DNA of 64,000 nucleotides, taken from Chiloscyllium plagiosum (Eukaryota). The notes under the pieces were generated by a model that saw only the letters and a program-made list of their open reading frames with translations, ran no database searches and was not told the origin of the DNA. Both the position numbers and the translations under genes were made by a program. Positions 62,985 through 64,000 of this stretch are shown piece by piece. Numbering within the stretch: position 1 is the stretch's first letter; each line of letters opens with the position of its first letter. The DNA lies in contig NC_057711.1 in NCBI RefSeq assembly GCF_004010195.1, positions 74,912,433-74,976,432 of the forward strand, read 5' to 3'.

Positions 62985-63195
62985 GTCCCAAAGTGCTTCC
63001 CAATCAATTTGAAATGCTTTGAAAATGCAATCGCTGTTGTAATTATAGGATCTGTGGTCGTCAATTTAAATACACCCAGTTCTCACATACAATAATGTGA
63101 TAATGACCAAATAACCTATTCTAGCGATTTTAATTAAGGGATAAGTATTGGCATGGACTTCATGGCTCTTCTTCATTACGGTGCCATAGATATTT
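62985..63195 (-). mobile_element. DeuSINE (SacSINE1-like) 3' part
   Basis: AATGTGATAATGACCAAATAA..AAGGGATAAGTATTGGC..GCTCTTCTTCA..GTGCCAT; antisense homolog of about 12740-12900. Confidence 0.6.
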
Positions 63196-64000
63196 GGGCT
63201 GAATTTTATCAGGAATTGGCTAAGTGTCAATTTTGACAAGTTTCATGGCAGGTTTCTTTCCCCGCGGCTGAGCAGGGCTATTTCTTCTATCTCTATTCTC
63301 CACAGCCCACCTCATTAGCCCTGCACCATGCTTTTACAGCATCATGACAACAATCTTCTGTATTGCCAGAGGTGAAAATACCCGCCATTGATTCCCAGTG
63401 CCGGTGCCACTTTTAAGGTCCAGCCAATTTACCAAGTCAAGCATCACTGGTCAGGAGTTGCCAATTGTGGGATGGGAGCTAAGAAGTAATGCTTCGCAGG
63501 GCATAGAAGTGACATGGCTGGCACATTTGTAAATATGTTGTTGCTTGAGAAGCTTTACAGGTTTTCTGTTCTTAGCATCACCCCATCTAAGAATTTTGTG
63601 TAAGGGAATGCTACTCTTTCCCCACTGTCTAGTGTAGCCTAACATTTCCACATCGTTTAATGTGGAATCATCATATCCTGGAAAGCATTCAAACAGTTGC
63701 AAACATTCACTTTCTTCCAGCATCAGAAAAAAATGTAGAGAAAACAAACGGAAGTTACATTTGCTTCTGGGGACAAACAAGGACCACTCGTCTTTTGACT
63801 ATTTTACAGTAAATGAGTAATCTACATTAACTGGAAAAAGTGAGTGTCATTTAAACCCTGTCTGTACTTGTTTCACCCATTGCTCCAACACTCTGTCATA
63901 CTGAAGATGTTTCTACTGCTCAATTTCCTCACCTTCATCTTTGGAAGACTGTCGCTTGTCTTAGCATCCATCACATCCTCTCTTAGCCTCTTGTTATTGC

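Noticed and set aside
1..64000. CRISPR array, prokaryotic operon or viral insertion
   Set aside because: No regularly spaced repeat-spacer array and no gene-dense segment; all interpretable ORFs are transposon-derived.

Overview
Eukaryotic, repeat-dense, AT-rich genomic DNA with two assembly gaps (9076-9520, 20962-21905). I can support no intact host protein-coding gene. HE1-type V-SINEs, DeuSINE relics and CR1 LINEs indicate a cartilaginous fish, probably a shark (inference from repeat content; family names are from recognition, not a database search). The window holds about 17 CR1 fragments, L2/CR1-group and RTE fragments, 8 HE1 SINEs, Penelope-like element (PLE) relics, both gene types of PIF/Harbinger transposons as pseudogenes, and one full-length 5S rRNA gene with spacer lying between two collinear CR1 pieces. 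The most notable structure is a population of about 15 short non-coding insertions from four sequence families. Each family is built around a minimal type-I hammerhead ribozyme (CUGANGA-helix II-GAAA with a palindromic ACGU/AGCU helix III). One family is the 3' end of the Penelope element at 3646-4875. Its solo copies are a discrete unit of about 129 bp with 9-12 bp target-site duplications (one ~24 bp). All four families also occur as inverted (fold-back) pairs. Boundaries of degraded repeats are approximate.
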